A stretch of 64,000 nucleotides of DNA from Octopus bimaculoides (taxonomy: Eukaryota). The stretch covers positions 136,277,574 to 136,341,573 of the forward strand of contig NC_068982.1 in the NCBI RefSeq assembly GCF_001194135.2. The letters are read 5' to 3'. The notes under the pieces were generated by a model, which saw only the letters and a list, made by a program, of their open reading frames with translations, was not told where the DNA came from and did no database searches. A program made the translations under genes and the position numbers. Positions within the stretch are counted from its first letter, which is position 1. Each line of letters opens with the position of its first letter. Positions 24,703-38,843 of the stretch are shown piece after piece.

Positions 24703-25531
24703 TTGTATATATATATATATATATATATANNNNNNNNNNNNNNNNNNNNNNNNNNNNNNNNNNNNNNNNNNNNNNNNNNNNNNNNNNNNNNNNNNNNNNN
24801 NNNNNNNNNNNNNNNNNNNNNNNNNNNNNNNNNNNNNNNNNNNNNNNNNNNNNNNNNNNNNNNNNNNNNNNNNNNNNNNNNNNNNNNNNNNNNNNNNNNN
24901 NNNNNNNNNNNNNNNNNNNNNNNNNNNNNNNNNNNNNNNNNNNNNNNNNNNNNNNNNNNNNNNNNNNNNNNNNNNNNNNNNNNNNNNNNNNNNNNNNNNN
25001 NNNNNNNNNNNNNNNNNNNNNNNNNNNNNNNNNNNNNNNNNNNNNNNNNNNNNNNNNNNNNNNNNNNNNNNNNNNNNNNNNNNNNNNNNNNNNNNNNNNN
25101 NNNNNNNNNNNNNNNNNNNNNNNNNNNNNNNNNNNNNNNNNNNNNNNNNNNNNNNNNNNNNNNNNNNNNNNNNNNNNNNNNNNNNNNNNNNNNNNNNNNN
25201 NNNNNNNNNNNNNNNNNNNNNNNNNNNNNNNNNNNNNNNNNNNNNNNNNNNNNNNNNNNNNNNNNNNNNNNNNNNNNNNNNNNNNNNNNNNNNNNNNNNN
25301 NNNNNNNNNNNNNNNNNNNNNNNNNNNNNNNNNNNNNNNNNNNNNNNNNNNNNNNNNNNNNNNNNNNNNNNNNNNNNNNNNNNNNNNNNNNNNNNNNNNN
25401 NNNNNNNNNNNNNNNNNNNNNNNNNNNNNNNNNNNNNNNNNNNNNNNNNNNNNNNNNNNNNNNNNNNNNNNNNNNNNNNNNNNNNNNNNNNNNNNNNNNN
25501 NNNNNNNNNNNNNNNNNNNNNNNNNNNNNNN

Positions 25532-25562
<31 letters not shown>

Positions 25563-26519
25563 AATACCATTCAATATACACATGATTTAGATACGAGCTA
25601 CTATTAATTTCATGGAGTGAAACCACAATAGACTGGCAAATTCATATATCAAGCCTGGTGTTTCCAACCAATATTTCAAACTCAAATATGGAACATAGAC
25701 GCTCTCTTCAGAAACGAAAAAGAATAATAAATAAACAAAGAAAATACAACGGATAAAATGCTGGTCTCTCAAAAAACACCACGAAAAAGGACAAAAGGAA
25801 GATAAAGGTGAAAAGTGGGAAAATAGCAAAACAGTTGAAGAGGTAAAAGGAAAAAAAATAAGATAATGATAATAATATATATGTATGTATGTATATATAC
25901 ATGTGTGTGTGTGTGTGTGCAAGTGTGTGTGCTTGCGTATATATATNNNNNNNNNNNNNNNNNNNNNNNNNNNNNNNNNNNNNNNNNNNNNNNNNNNNNN
26001 NNNNNNNNNNNNNNNNNNNNNNNNNNNNNNNNNNNNNNNNNNNNNNNNNNNNNNNNNNNNNNNNNNNNNNNNNNNNNNNNNNNNNNNNNNNNNNNNNNNN
26101 NNNNNNNNNNNNNNNNNNNNNNNNNNNNNNNNNNNNNNNNNNNNNNNNNNNTATATATATATATATATATATGTGTTTACATTAAAACAGACACGAACAA
26201 TTATATTTCTTAAATTTGACAGAAATGACGAGGTTGTTTAGCTGGTGTAAAGGTAACACACTTAGTCACGTTAACAAAGGAATATGGATTCGATTCCCAC
26301 GCGGAGAGGAAATCCTTCTTTTTCTCTGTCGAGAGCTTATATGCCCCTTTATTACAATATTTTCCTTAGTCATTGTACGGTAATCGCCATAAACTTTAAG
26401 CTGATATAAAAATACCATTATTATTGTTTACAAGATTGTAAACTCGGCGCTGTATAAATACAAACCATTCGCACAGAAATATATATATATGATATTTTGA
26501 ATTTATTTCACAGACCCCA

Positions 26520-26574
26520 AACACTACCATTGCGGACAACCAGGGGACCGCGGATCCCAGGCTGGGAGTCACTG
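26520..26574. mobile_element. Possible hAT/Charlie-like MITE terminus
   Basis: ggaccgcggatcccaggctgggagtcactg ends in the reverse complement of CAGTGACTCCCA, typical of hAT termini; the partner end was not found. Confidence 0.4.
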
Positions 26575-27457
26575 ATATAGAACAACTTGTTCGTAGGCGA
26601 CGAGTTTTCTGTAAAATAAAATATTGTTTTCAAGACGGATCAATTTCTAATTAATATCGAATAAATAATATCCACCAACGGGAGAAAATATTGCAAACAT
26701 CTTGATTTAAAGGCTTCAATGTCTATTAATATTACTATTTTAGGAGTAATTCTCAATTGGTTATATTCATACCAATATAGATTATTATGTCTAGTCTCTA
26801 TACATATTAATGTTAAATCACATTTCTTAAGACTTCGATGTAACTCAACCAGGCTAGTAGCTGATTTCGCCACAGCCACATAACAGTATTGAACAAACTA
26901 AAAAACCCGAGCGTCTGGACAATGCCTGGAAGGCAATGGAATTCTCCTGACAAAACATGTATTTACACCGATAGGAAATACATTGGCCTATTAGAGTATC
27001 ATTCAGCAAGAAAGTATATTATATACCTTGAATGGAACATTGTAATTTCTTTAGCATATTGACATTTTTCAAATGTCTTGGTGAAACTGATCTAAGACTT
27101 GAAAAAGCTTCATATGTCAACAAGATTTAGAAAATATAATTGTGCACAGTTTTTGATAAAATGTAAGCATGAACATAATGTTCAAATTCTGAAGCATATA
27201 TAGATCATATACCTACCTACCTACCTACCTACCTACATGCATGCATACATACATAATGTATATACAATTAGACACATGCAACAAACACACACATATATAG
27301 ATATTTGCCAATTCGTAGAGGTACGAAAAACTAAATTATTTCATATGCAGCGCTTTTCCTTTCTTATATGTGCATGTATCCATATGCATAGGCTCATACA
27401 CAGACATGTATGCAAGTATAGTTGTATATATACACGTATATATATACATATATACAT

Positions 27458-27504
<47 letters not shown>

Positions 27505-28758
27505 AGTCGTGCCTACATACACACATATGCATATGAAAGCGGACGGTGAGGAAGTAGAGAGCAGGAGAAATAGAATAAAGAAAATTACTGAAAAAAATTT
27601 ACATGCGATTAAATAAACGCTCTATCGTGCAAGATTATAACGTGCAAATATAAATGGATTTTATAATACTATTTACATATTCGTCATATGTGGATACCAC
27701 CAACTGACACAATTCAATATTGTTCATGAAATTACAACATTCCATCATATATAGCGATGTTTTATTAAAGTTACGGATTTTATCTTCAGTATTCCGTATA
27801 TTGCTACCGTCGGATGTAATACTTAACTAAACTCATTCTTTTATTTGCTGTGTCTCTGCCTTTAAGAAATGTATTCTTTAGAATGATAATATTCAATAAA
27901 AATAATTTGAGCAATGTAAAAAGAAACAGGGAAATGATAATTCTCAACCAGCACTAATTCATCGGCAGTTTTCATTTTCTTTTAGGTATATCAAGTGAAA
28001 AAAGCTGTGTTCTAAGGTCGAAGTGACTTGTTACTGTATGAAAATCTGCATGATGCTAACGTCTGTTGTTGGATACATGCATACGCTATGATTATTTTCG
28101 TTCGTATAATTTCCTTACGTGAAAACTAAATTAAAAGGTAACATTGATAAATGAGATAAATACAAAGTAAAGTAGTATCTTCTACGTTTCGAAAATTCGT
28201 TTCACATGCCACTGATGTATTACGTCATAGAAAAGTGTCTCTGCAATAAGAATATGCAAATAATATTCTGCTTAGAAAGGAAACGTTTTCTAATAAACTA
28301 TTCAACATGAACGTATATGGAATCACACTCGCACACCCATAGAAACGCAGAGGTTCATACAAACAAATCACATACATACGCTCAAACAGACACGCACATG
28401 CACGCACATACACATACGCATATCACATATATATAAAGACACACATATGTTTATCTATACACACACACATACATTATATATATACTTACATATATATGTA
28501 TGTATATATANNNNNNNNNNNNNNNNNNNNNNNNNNNNNNNNNNNNNNNNNNNNNNNNNNNNNNNNNNNNNNNNNNNNNNNNNNNNNNNNNNNNNNNNNN
28601 NNNNNNNNNNNNNNNNNNNNNNNNNNNNNNNNNNNNNNNNNNNNNNNNNNNNNNNNNNNNNNNNNNNNNNNNNNNNNNNNNNNNNNNNNNNNNNNNNNNN
28701 NNNNNNNNNNNNNNNNNNNNNNNNNNNNNNNNNNNNNNNNNNNNNNNNNNNNNNNNNN

Positions 28759-30013
28759 TCCCTTCATCGGAGACAGAAAAAATAAAGTTATCTATTATTA
28801 TATCCATAGGCGGATATTTTTAGTATGAAGTGGTAAAGAGTATGATGTGCTGAAAAAAGAGAGAACAGTACTTGAAGAGTAGTTTCATTCCCGTGGTAAA
28901 TATCCGTGTAGAAATTCGTGCAGATTAATCCTTGTGTGAATAATCCGGAAATTTATGTTGGAACGAAAGTTTATATAGCTTAGGTGGCAGAGGTATATAT
29001 ATTCCATCTTGCAATAGATTTTTGCTTGTTTACTTGAAGGATGTCCAAGCCAAGTGAAAAGTTAGTGGTAATTAGGTCAAGTCAAGACGATAGAATTTGG
29101 AAGGGGATAGAGAAGATATAGAGGCGGAGGATGGAAGCGATATATTTATGGTCAGTTAGTCTTAACAGGGTAGAGGGGAAGAGCATATATAGTGAAGGAG
29201 GAATAGGGGGATGAGGTTAAAAGGTCGAATGAGTAGGAAAGAATGCGTGTGTGTAGTATACAGGTGGTGGGGGTATGAGTGATAAACGAAGGACAGATAT
29301 AAAGGAGAGGGATGGGTGGGAAAGATAGTAGTATCATATTTTTGGATGCTGCCAAGCCTATTTATAGACGGTGGAAAGGGATAGAAAGAGGTGACGTAGT
29401 CTGTTTGTGTAGGTAGTGTTCTTGTTAAATTGAGAATATGAGAATTAGATTTGGTGGTATATGTGTGGTGAAATGATCGAAAGGAAATAATCCTATTTCA
29501 AAAAGATGGTGAAAGATGGATGTTTTTGCCAGGTTGAATATGTTGCCTATGGGGGGTTGTATTATTATGTTGCGTGATCATTTGCGCAATTTTGTTTGTG
29601 ATAGAACCTGAATGTGGTTGCAGTTGCTAAACGCTTCATTATATCGATTAAGTGGGAGAATTGTATTTTAAAATATGGAACGCCTCCGTTAGGCAAAGCT
29701 TGCAATTGGAGCGCTGGCCCTGGTATAGAGTTCCAGAGTCTAGGATGGACCATTTTAAGGTGTATTGGGTATTTTTGTTTTTGAGGTGATGAATATGATT
29801 GGCTAATGTTGTAGATTTACTATGTTTGTCGTATCTAAAAGAGTGCATGTGGGCTGCGTAGCGATGTTTAAAGTTAATAGTTGCACCAATGTACGTGGCA
29901 GTAGAGTTATGTAATAGATTTTTGACGGTGCATTTATATATTACATTGTATCTTACGCAATGTGTTTGAAGCGGGCAGATAGTCCCGGAGCGACAGTTAC
30001 AAGTGTAGGAGGC
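28759..30013 (-). mobile_element. Penelope-like element (Neptune-type GIY-YIG endonuclease plus 3' region), bounded by gaps
   Basis: CNCRSGTICPLQTHC..NVIYKCTV..TYIGATINFKHRY..HSF..TTLANHIHHLK..WSIL..CKLCLTE; a hammerhead-like 5' half (CCGATGA-A-GGGA) lies on the same strand at 28759-28775. Confidence 0.9.
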
Positions 30014-31302
30014 NNNNNNNNNNNNNNNNNNNNNNNNNNNNNNNNNNNNNNNNNNNNNNNNNNNNNNNNNNNNNNNNNNNNNNNNNNNNNNNNNNNNNNN
30101 NNNNNNNNNNNNNNNNNNNNNNNNNNNNNNNNNNNNNNNNNNNNNNNNNNNNNNNNNNNNNNNNNNNNNNNNNNNNNNNNNNNNNNNNNNNNNNNNNNNN
30201 NNNNNNNNNNNNNNNNNNNNNNNNNNNNNNNNNNNNNNNNNNNNNNNNNNNNNNNNNNNNNNNNNNNNNNNNNNNNNNNNNNNNNNNNNNNNNNNNNNNN
30301 NNNNNNNNNNNNNNNNNNNNNNNNNNNNNNNNNNNNNNNNNNNNNNNNNNNNNNNNNNNNNNNNNNNNNNNNNNNNNNNNNNNNNNNNNNNNNNNNNNNN
30401 NNNNNNNNNNNNNNNNNNNNNNNNNNNNNNNNNNNNNNNNNNNNNNNNNNNNNNNNNNNNNNNNNNNNNNNNNNNNNNNNNNNNNNNNNNNNNNNNNNNN
30501 NNNNNNNNNNNNNNNNNNNNNNNNNNNNNNNNNNNNNNNNNNNNNNNNNNNNNNNNNNNNNNNNNNNNNNNTATATATGTATGTATAATAAACAATAGAC
30601 TGCAGAATTATAATGTTTCGCCCAAGATGAGATGATAATTTCACAAATAGTTGTTAATTATTCCCGAGGAGATCATGTCGATTGTATCAAGTTTATAAGA
30701 GTGTAAACATTTAAATATGAATACATGCCATTATATATTTCTTCAAGTACCGAGCAACGAACAGTCTCCATTTAACACAATGAACATGCCCTCCACCCAT
30801 TTTCTCATTTGCAGTCGGTTACAGTGTTTACCAGGTATTTGCTTAGCTTTTCTTGCAGCTAAAATAATGTCAATAAATCTAGAATTTATCTTGTAAATTA
30901 TTTCATATAATTTGATTTGTTCTTCTTGATTAAGTAAATGACAATGACTCGTTTGAGTTACATATCATCTTGATTTAATTTTCTATAAATGTTATCGACT
31001 TCTTCTTTATGTGTACTAATCGTGTGCCTAGTTGAAATTAAAATACTTGGAAACATGCGCGTATATGTATACGTGTATATGCTATGCAGAAAAAAAATAT
31101 TCATCACTTATTTTAATTACGCAATATATAAATAAATATAAAAGAAAATGTTGAAGCATTTGGAACTTTTTCTCAAAATTTTCGTATACACTCCCACATG
31201 TACGTACATACATACACACACACACACATACACACATGCATTCATACATACATACATACATACATACATACATACATACATACATACATACATACATACA
31301 TA

Positions 31303-31625
31303 CAGCAATGCCGTCGCGCTTCAGGACCAGTTACTGCAATAGTCTGGGTTTCAGACGCCCACAGATTTTTTAATATTCTCCCAGAGAACATGATTGACTT
31401 GCACCAAACGAATGTAGGTGTTTTCAAATCAAAACTGGATCTCTTCCAATCGAGAGTCCCAGATGAACCTACCTCGCGGCAGGAGGTGCAGTGAGGGCAG
31501 TGACATCAAACACCCTTATTCACCAAATGCCACATAACAGAGGAGACTCTCACTAATAACAGTGTAGCAAATCGGCAGTGCCCCAGCATGGCCACAGCTC
31601 TAAGCTAAAACTGATAAATAAATAA
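31303..31625 (+). mobile_element. CR1-clade LINE 3' end with tail
   Basis: FNILPENMIDLHQTNVGVFKSKLDLFQSRVPDEPTSRQEVQ, parallel to 24460-24520; ends ggcagtgccccagcatggccacag..(TAAA)n. Confidence 0.85.
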
Positions 31626-31725
<100 letters not shown>

Positions 31726-31737
31726 TATGTTTTATAT

Positions 31738-32122
31738 TTTACTTGCTTCAGTCATTAAACTGCGGCCATGATGAGGCACTACGCTGAAGAATTTTTAGTA
31801 GCCCCTACCACTTATTTTGTAAAACCCTGGTACTTATTCAGCATCTGTTTTGCCAAACATCTTGTTTACGGGGCATGCAATTACCCCACTAATTGTTGTC
31901 AATGGGAATGCAGGACAAACAGACACAACGACACACATACATCGATGTAAATATAAGATGGACTTCTTTCAGCTTTCGTCTACGAAATGCACTCACAAGG
32001 CTTCGGTTGCCCCGAAGCTATAGCAGAAGACACTGAACCAAATTGCTACACGGTGAGACTGAACTCGGAACCATGTAGTTGGGAGGGAAGCAAATTTCTT
32101 ACCACACAACCACAGCAGCGGC
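31738..32122 (-). mobile_element. Family D SINE, diverged
   Basis: tttacttgcttcagtcatt..ctgcggccatg; cactcacaaggct..gctatagcagaagacact; ttaccacacaaccac. Confidence 0.8.
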
Positions 32123-35100
32123 TATGTATATATATGTGTGTGTGTAGGGTTTGAAGTAATTTTCGATAACTAGTTATGTAACGCTTTCAACCCGTTTCAG
32201 AGAACAATGAAGAATGATATTTTCACTGAATATTTATGTTTTTTATATGTTTGACTTCGTTGAAAAAGATCTAGAGTTTAATTTGGATGAAAAATGTTCT
32301 TTGCTATTTTGTATCTACTTGTGTGTATGTGTGTGCTTATATGTGCGTGTATGTATATGTGTCTATGAGCGTGCATGTGTTTGGTGAATCTTTGGAACCT
32401 ACATTTTTTTTTTCAACTAACTCATATAAAAACTCATAGATGTTCTGTGAATAATATCACTCCTGAAACGATATAGATAGATAGATACACACACACAAAC
32501 ACACACACATGCGCACGCATATTAGAAAGACCAAAACAATACAATTGTGTATTGGAAATAGTGAGTAATGCAAGCATAATTTTTTTTACGAGAGAGTATC
32601 AAGTGAATAACCGTTACCATTGAGTTAACATTAATATAGGCCAAAATATCATTAACCTTTACGCTACGGCTTCTATCGACGGAAAGTGAATTTACATTTA
32701 TGTCTATGGTTGTTGCCTTCGCAACTTGCTTTACCTCCGTCTTGGCCAATCTAGGTTGAAAAGTAGTACAGCTTTGGCTCAAAGTTTCTTGTTTACTTTT
32801 TTTGAAAACTAAATAACCCACAAGTACCCTGTCTCGTGTGTTCTTTTATTAAGAAATATGTAGGGCATGTTTTAAGCGCCTTTGGTCGCTAGTTCTTACG
32901 TAAAAGTGTGAAGCTTTATTGCATCTTAACACTAACTTAATTGACAATGTGATATGTACTGTATTTATATTTATGAGAATGCACCAGCAACTGTATTTAT
33001 GACGTGCTTTTGTATTTGGTGATAATAAGTGTTGTAAACTTACTACGATGAAAGGTAAACGACAAAACGTGGATGGGATGCGACTATTAAAAGCACTTAC
33101 GTGCAGAATGTCTTATCTTAATGTACAGTTTGTAGCCGGTTGAGTCAATATTGTTGGTAGTATAACTTCATGTCAAATAAAATGTGTGCAGTTGGCTATT
33201 CTTATAACCGAATTTAGATTCTTTGTGTCATTGGTATCGCTAAAAATACTTATTTCGCAATACATAGATATTATGCATGCATATATGCATTTATGAATGT
33301 GCATGTGCATTTTTATGTGAATACATATGTGAATATATATTAAGAATGGATCGATGGATGCATTATAAGCATATAGGTGTGTTGTTTGAGTGTATAAATA
33401 TGTTTCGCAATACGTGGTTTTACATTATATCCGTTATATTTATGCATGAATACTTACATGCAAGTAGAGAACAAGGCCCGTTTCTCTGTAATAGTTGAAT
33501 GCTTCCAAAGTCAACACCCTTTACATCAATGGATTCTTGAATCTATCCTGTTCCAATGAATGCTACAAAATCTGTGATATTCCTGAAAATGTAATGCAAA
33601 GACGTTGCAACCAAAAACGTAACGAAAGAATATTATACAAATTACATCAGGCTTAACAAGTAATATGGTAATCATATCTTTTCTCTCACGAGACAGTGAT
33701 ATTTGAGATACATAACTGGAAATTGAGTAAATGATTATTACAAACAACATTTCCAGAGATAAACTGGAAGCTTCTGAGAAATATCCACAGGGAAATCTAC
33801 GCTAGGAAAGAAATGACTGTGCATGAAACTCTTGTTCAGTTCACATAGCCTTTAAATGATGTTTGCTTGATAAAAGCATCGGTAATATATACAATAGACA
33901 TATGCGTTGAAATGAAAAGAAAACATCTGACTGTAGAACCCTTAAGATATAGAGTTCTCTTGAATGTTTGACATAGCAGATTATTGCAGTAAGTTGCAGT
34001 AAGTGGGACAAGTTACAGTTCCGTCAGAAAAGAATGGTCCGATTAGTCCTTGTGATAAGCCGCATGAAGTCTTTCCGTAATATGCGGCTTCTCTGATTTC
34101 TTTACTACAATATGTTACATATGTTTAGTTTGGATCAATATATTTGTTATGTTTAATGAGATTTTTAAAATTTTACGAACTCTTCAGCCGAATAAAATTA
34201 TGTTGAAGATATACTGACGGATCGTTTTGCTGTAGGTAGCACAGGATCATAAAATTCACATATAACAGATAAATTCGTCCTTATCGTTTTGGTAACTGTT
34301 TAAGTCCACCTCAACCTGCTGCGTAGTTTATTTTCGATTATTGTATTTGCGTAGCATTTTTAAATGTTCTATTAATGAGTTTTCCATTGTTAAAGCTGTG
34401 TGTAATTTGGAATTTTATAAGTGTTGTTACTGCTTTAAGCAAATGTATTTTTATACCTACATCAAAGAAATTAGATTAGAATCATTAGTTGATATCATTA
34501 CCATCTACCATTGTATTTCACAAAAAATAATAATTCCAATCTGGAAATAAGATTAATGACCGAGCACTACAATAAATAAATAAATAAATGAACTTGCATA
34601 TATTGCATGCGTAATAGTATATTTTTTTAACAAATGTTATACATCAGCTATGTTTCCCAATTAAAATTTTGATAAGGTATATAAATTTTTTTTATGGCAT
34701 ATGGAGTTGATAAAATGTATTCTGCTACTGAGTTTTCTACAACGGTACGCAATATCTAAGAAATCTTCCATGCATTAGCAGGTTCATGTATATATATNNN
34801 NNNNNNNNNNNNNNNNNNNNNNNNNNNNNNNNNNNNNNNNNNNNNNNNNNNNNNNNNNNNNNNNNNNNNNNNNNNNNNATATATACAGTAGTTATATTGG
34901 ATAACATACGTTTAACTACATTCTAATGGAACGTATATCTAAACAACGGTGTGTGCATCTAAGCAGTAAACACACACACAAGTAGGCACCATCACGCAAA
35001 TGTAGGAACAGTTTCTTCATGAGCATCTATTACCTTACCTTGTTCAATGAAATGTCATGGATCACCTCTCTCCGTTTTTGCGGTGTGTACATTACATGAT

Positions 35101-35673
35101 GCGAAGTTATTTTTACGCATGTAAAGCATTTACAATTTTATGGCTTAAACGTAAAAACAAACTTTTCAATATATTAAAACATGCCGCAGAGTGATTTATG
35201 CAATATAGATTTCTACTGCAGGAAAATTACTTATGCTTACACACTATTTCCCCTAGTCACCTCGTAACGTTTAATGGAACAAATCTTATCACTATTATAT
35301 TAAATAATTTCACTTGGTTTGAAGATTTCTGAAGCATTCTGTCACCTATATTACGTCACTAGTTTATTTTATTACTCTATATTATATGTATAATCTGTAT
35401 CTGTACAATAATGCAATTTAAGTTCAAACATCTCTTGCTTTCGCACTTCTACATACGTCATCAACTGTTTCATAGAGATAAACATACTTCATTTTCATGA
35501 ATCAACCTAAGCTCAAAATGATGAAAATGCGTTTGTGGAGTAAAACCTGTTTGAATAACTCATTCAACGATTTCAATACAATTACAAAAGTGTTAACATG
35601 TCCATGTAAGAATATAAAAATATATGCTACAAAGAAAGCACTAAGAATGGAGGAAAGAAAGACTAAATGAATG

Positions 35674-35706
<33 letters not shown>

Positions 35707-35747
35707 TAGATAGATAGATATATATATATATATATATTATATATATA

Positions 35748-35794
<47 letters not shown>

Positions 35795-36319
35795 TAAGAA
35801 AGGGAGAGAAATATTTGTTCAACACAATGAAAGTTTTATCAGAAACATCGGGTACAACTAAAATTTACTTTAAAATTATTCAACACTACAAGGTGTCTAA
35901 TAGCGTACGTGACTTATTACTGCACGGCTGGTAATCGAATATCCAAGTTAGTATAGTGTGTTGGTGAGGTAATATGGAGATAACTACACAGGACAGACTC
36001 CAGTGAGTTCCATTTATTACACATACAACACTAATATATTTGAAAAATATATGGGCATTGCAGTTCCCAATCGATTCCTTATTTTTTTAAATTTTTTATC
36101 AGCAGCACTAAAGTTAGGAATTTAGCTGACTCTAGATGATTGAAATTAGAAACGCAATTACAACCTGTTTTTGCACCTGGATATGTGTTTAAAGTAGACA
36201 GAAACTTAACGAACAAATGTTCTTTTAATCGCTGCCGTCGAGAGATTCTACATTTATTCGGAAATCATGGAAAATAATAATGGAAGAAAAGCAGTATAAT
36301 CTGTCTTTATGTATGTATG

Positions 36320-36350
<31 letters not shown>

Positions 36351-37106
36351 GTATGTATATATATCAAATGGATGTCTTATAACACTATTACGTACATACA
36401 ATAACAGCCATACCAACAATCCAACACACATCCATCATCAGCTGCCCCACGGATATCACTATGGTTTTGACATCTGGGCAGTATTATTCAATCCGGTGTT
36501 GTCAACAACACTAAAATAAGCGTTGTTTGGGAACAAACATACTTTAGATAATACCATATTCATTCAATCTAAATTCTAAGATGGATTAAACGACAAACAT
36601 TATAAATTAAACTAGAAACCACATTTACCCCATGTACAAAAGCAATATCAATAAATTAATAATTCAATAAGTAAACCTATAACTAACTCCTAAATTATAT
36701 AACTAAATAGCAACTTAGCCCTTGGAGTTCATAAAAATAATATTCCCACCGGTTTTCCATATTTATCAATATAAAAGTGAAAGCTTTTATATTGTAATCT
36801 TTCCAAAGAAAAACAAACTCGATTGAACTTTACTAATGATATAATTAATTGTAAGTGAATTACATCATTTAACCCGGAAGTTAATAATTAAAACAATCCA
36901 TATGTATTAGATATTCGTCATAATTACATGATTTAATGTTAAACTTTTACCAGGAATTTAATAGATAATACTAAAATATCCTTAATAATATATATAAAAT
37001 CCTAAAGATGACCTGAAGCAATTCAGAACCCAGAAGGAAATAATTCAGCGTCACTAAAAGTCACCAAACGGTCCAATGAGCTAGAAATAGGAGTCAGTGG
37101 CTCCTC

Positions 37107-37172
<66 letters not shown>

Positions 37173-38383
37173 TTAAATGTATATGTATATATATGTGTAT
37201 ATATGTCTATACATATATTTGTGTGAGTGTGTGTGCATGATACCCATGTAGCTGAAATCGAAAGAATGAAAACTGTAGACATACTGAGAGATTCGATTTG
37301 AGAATACAGAAATAAAGTTTTGGGATCAGTGCTCCACCAATTCTCGCATTTCATTGTTCTATGCAGGAAGCAGTAAATTTGGCATAAACGCAACAATCAA
37401 TTCAGGTGATTCCAGTAATTGATTGGTACATTATTTTCGCAGCACTGAAAACACACAAGAGAAAGTCAGCCTCGGAGAAATTCGAACTCATAATATAAGG
37501 GGAGTTAATTAGAAATTGCTAGACGTTTATTCTTCTGCGTTCCAACTATTATGGCATCGATTAACTACAAGGCTAAAGATGACAGTTTCTAGTTTAATGA
37601 TTAAACATGCTAGACATCCGTGTTTTGCAGATATTCATAAACGTCGCCTTTTGTTGAAGATCAGGACACCAAAATCTACGTACCAAAGATAGCACAAACG
37701 TATTAAATAAATCTGGAACTACAGATATATAGAACTCACTGAAGTGTTAAACTGACAATCCGTGCGCTATTTAATTGCTTCCTGAGTCGTGAGCTTGGGT
37801 TTTTTTTTTTAGATCTGCCACGAGTCTATGAAATGGCTTACTGCTCTGAACAGATACATTACTGTAAAACAGATGGCTACTTTTAATAACAGTTATAAAC
37901 TGAATTTAAAAGAACAACTGGGTTAAAGCAGTCTCGCGTGTGAAGTATAGAAATTGAACAGCAGATGATTATAGATTTCAATATGTAAAGTTAAATCATT
38001 GATTTCATTGACTGCAAGTGTATATACCATCAGTTTGTGTTATGGAATGAAGAACTAAGTTTTCCCATATTTCACTGGTCTGTTTTTATAATCTGTATAT
38101 TTTGTTCTAATTGAAATCTTTCCGATGTTGACGCATTCTTTATTAAATATATAAATATAAAAGCGTATATTAAATTTAAATTTCTAACAGCAACATACAT
38201 GTTTATTACTTGACTGTTATGTAACCATACATAAGTCTACGACGACTAACGTCGGCGAAGGGAAAAAACAGGTAATGTAAACTACTAATGTTTACAACGC
38301 TTGATCTGTGTTCTCGAGAGGAACCAACTATATGTCTGTTTGAACGTTGGGACTGCGTTTATTGAAATTCTCGAGCAAATATT

Positions 38384-38595
38384 CTATTCTACTCTAGGCA
38401 CAAGGCTCCGAAATTTTGGGGGAGTGTGCAAGTCGATTAGATCAACCCCTGCACGCAACTGGTACTTAATTTATGGACTCCAGAAGGATGAAAGGCAAAG
38501 TCGACCTCGGCGGAATTTGAACTCAGAACGTAAAGACAGACGAAATACCGCTAAGCATTTCGTCCGGCATGCTAACGTTTCTGCCAGCTTGCTGC
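38384..38595 (-). mobile_element. Family A SINE
   Basis: Homologous to 4776-4987. Confidence 0.9.
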
Positions 38596-38613
38596 CTTTC
38601 CCTAGCAAATATT

Positions 38614-38843
38614 TATTTCCTTATTGACCACAAGGGGCTAAACATACAGGGGACAAAGAAGGACAAACAAGAGGATTATGTCGGTTACATCGACTCCAGC
38701 GCATAACTGGTACTTATTTAATCGACCCCGAAAGGATGAAAGCAAAGTCGACCTAGGCGGAATTTGAACTCAGAACGTAACGGCAGACGACATACCGCTA
38801 AGCATTTCGCCCGGCATGCTAACGATTCTACCAGCTCCCCGCC
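38614..38843 (-). mobile_element. Family A SINE variant with a different 3' tail
   Basis: Head and body match family A; the tail (gaccacaaggggctaaacatacaggggacaaag) differs. Confidence 0.85.

Noticed and set aside
24585-25607. ORFs of 200-570 aa spanning runs of X (also at 18544, 29648, 48676, 60508 and others)
   Set aside because: Their length comes from N gaps; only the flanking TE-derived parts are meaningful.
25655-25716. Minus-strand CTGAAGA-GAGC..GTTT-GAAA-TATT, a possible CpG-decayed hammerhead
   Set aside because: Stem I does not pair and several reversions must be assumed.
33495-33660. Open frame LNASKVNTLYINGF..CYKICDIPE after an AG acceptor-like site
   Set aside because: About 54 codons with no recognisable domain; within chance expectation.
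36400-37075. Possible decayed PLE with a hammerhead-like end (CTAAAGA-TGAC..GTCA-CCAAAC-G-GTC)
   Set aside because: Two core positions are altered, stem I is unpaired and the protein similarity is too weak to support.
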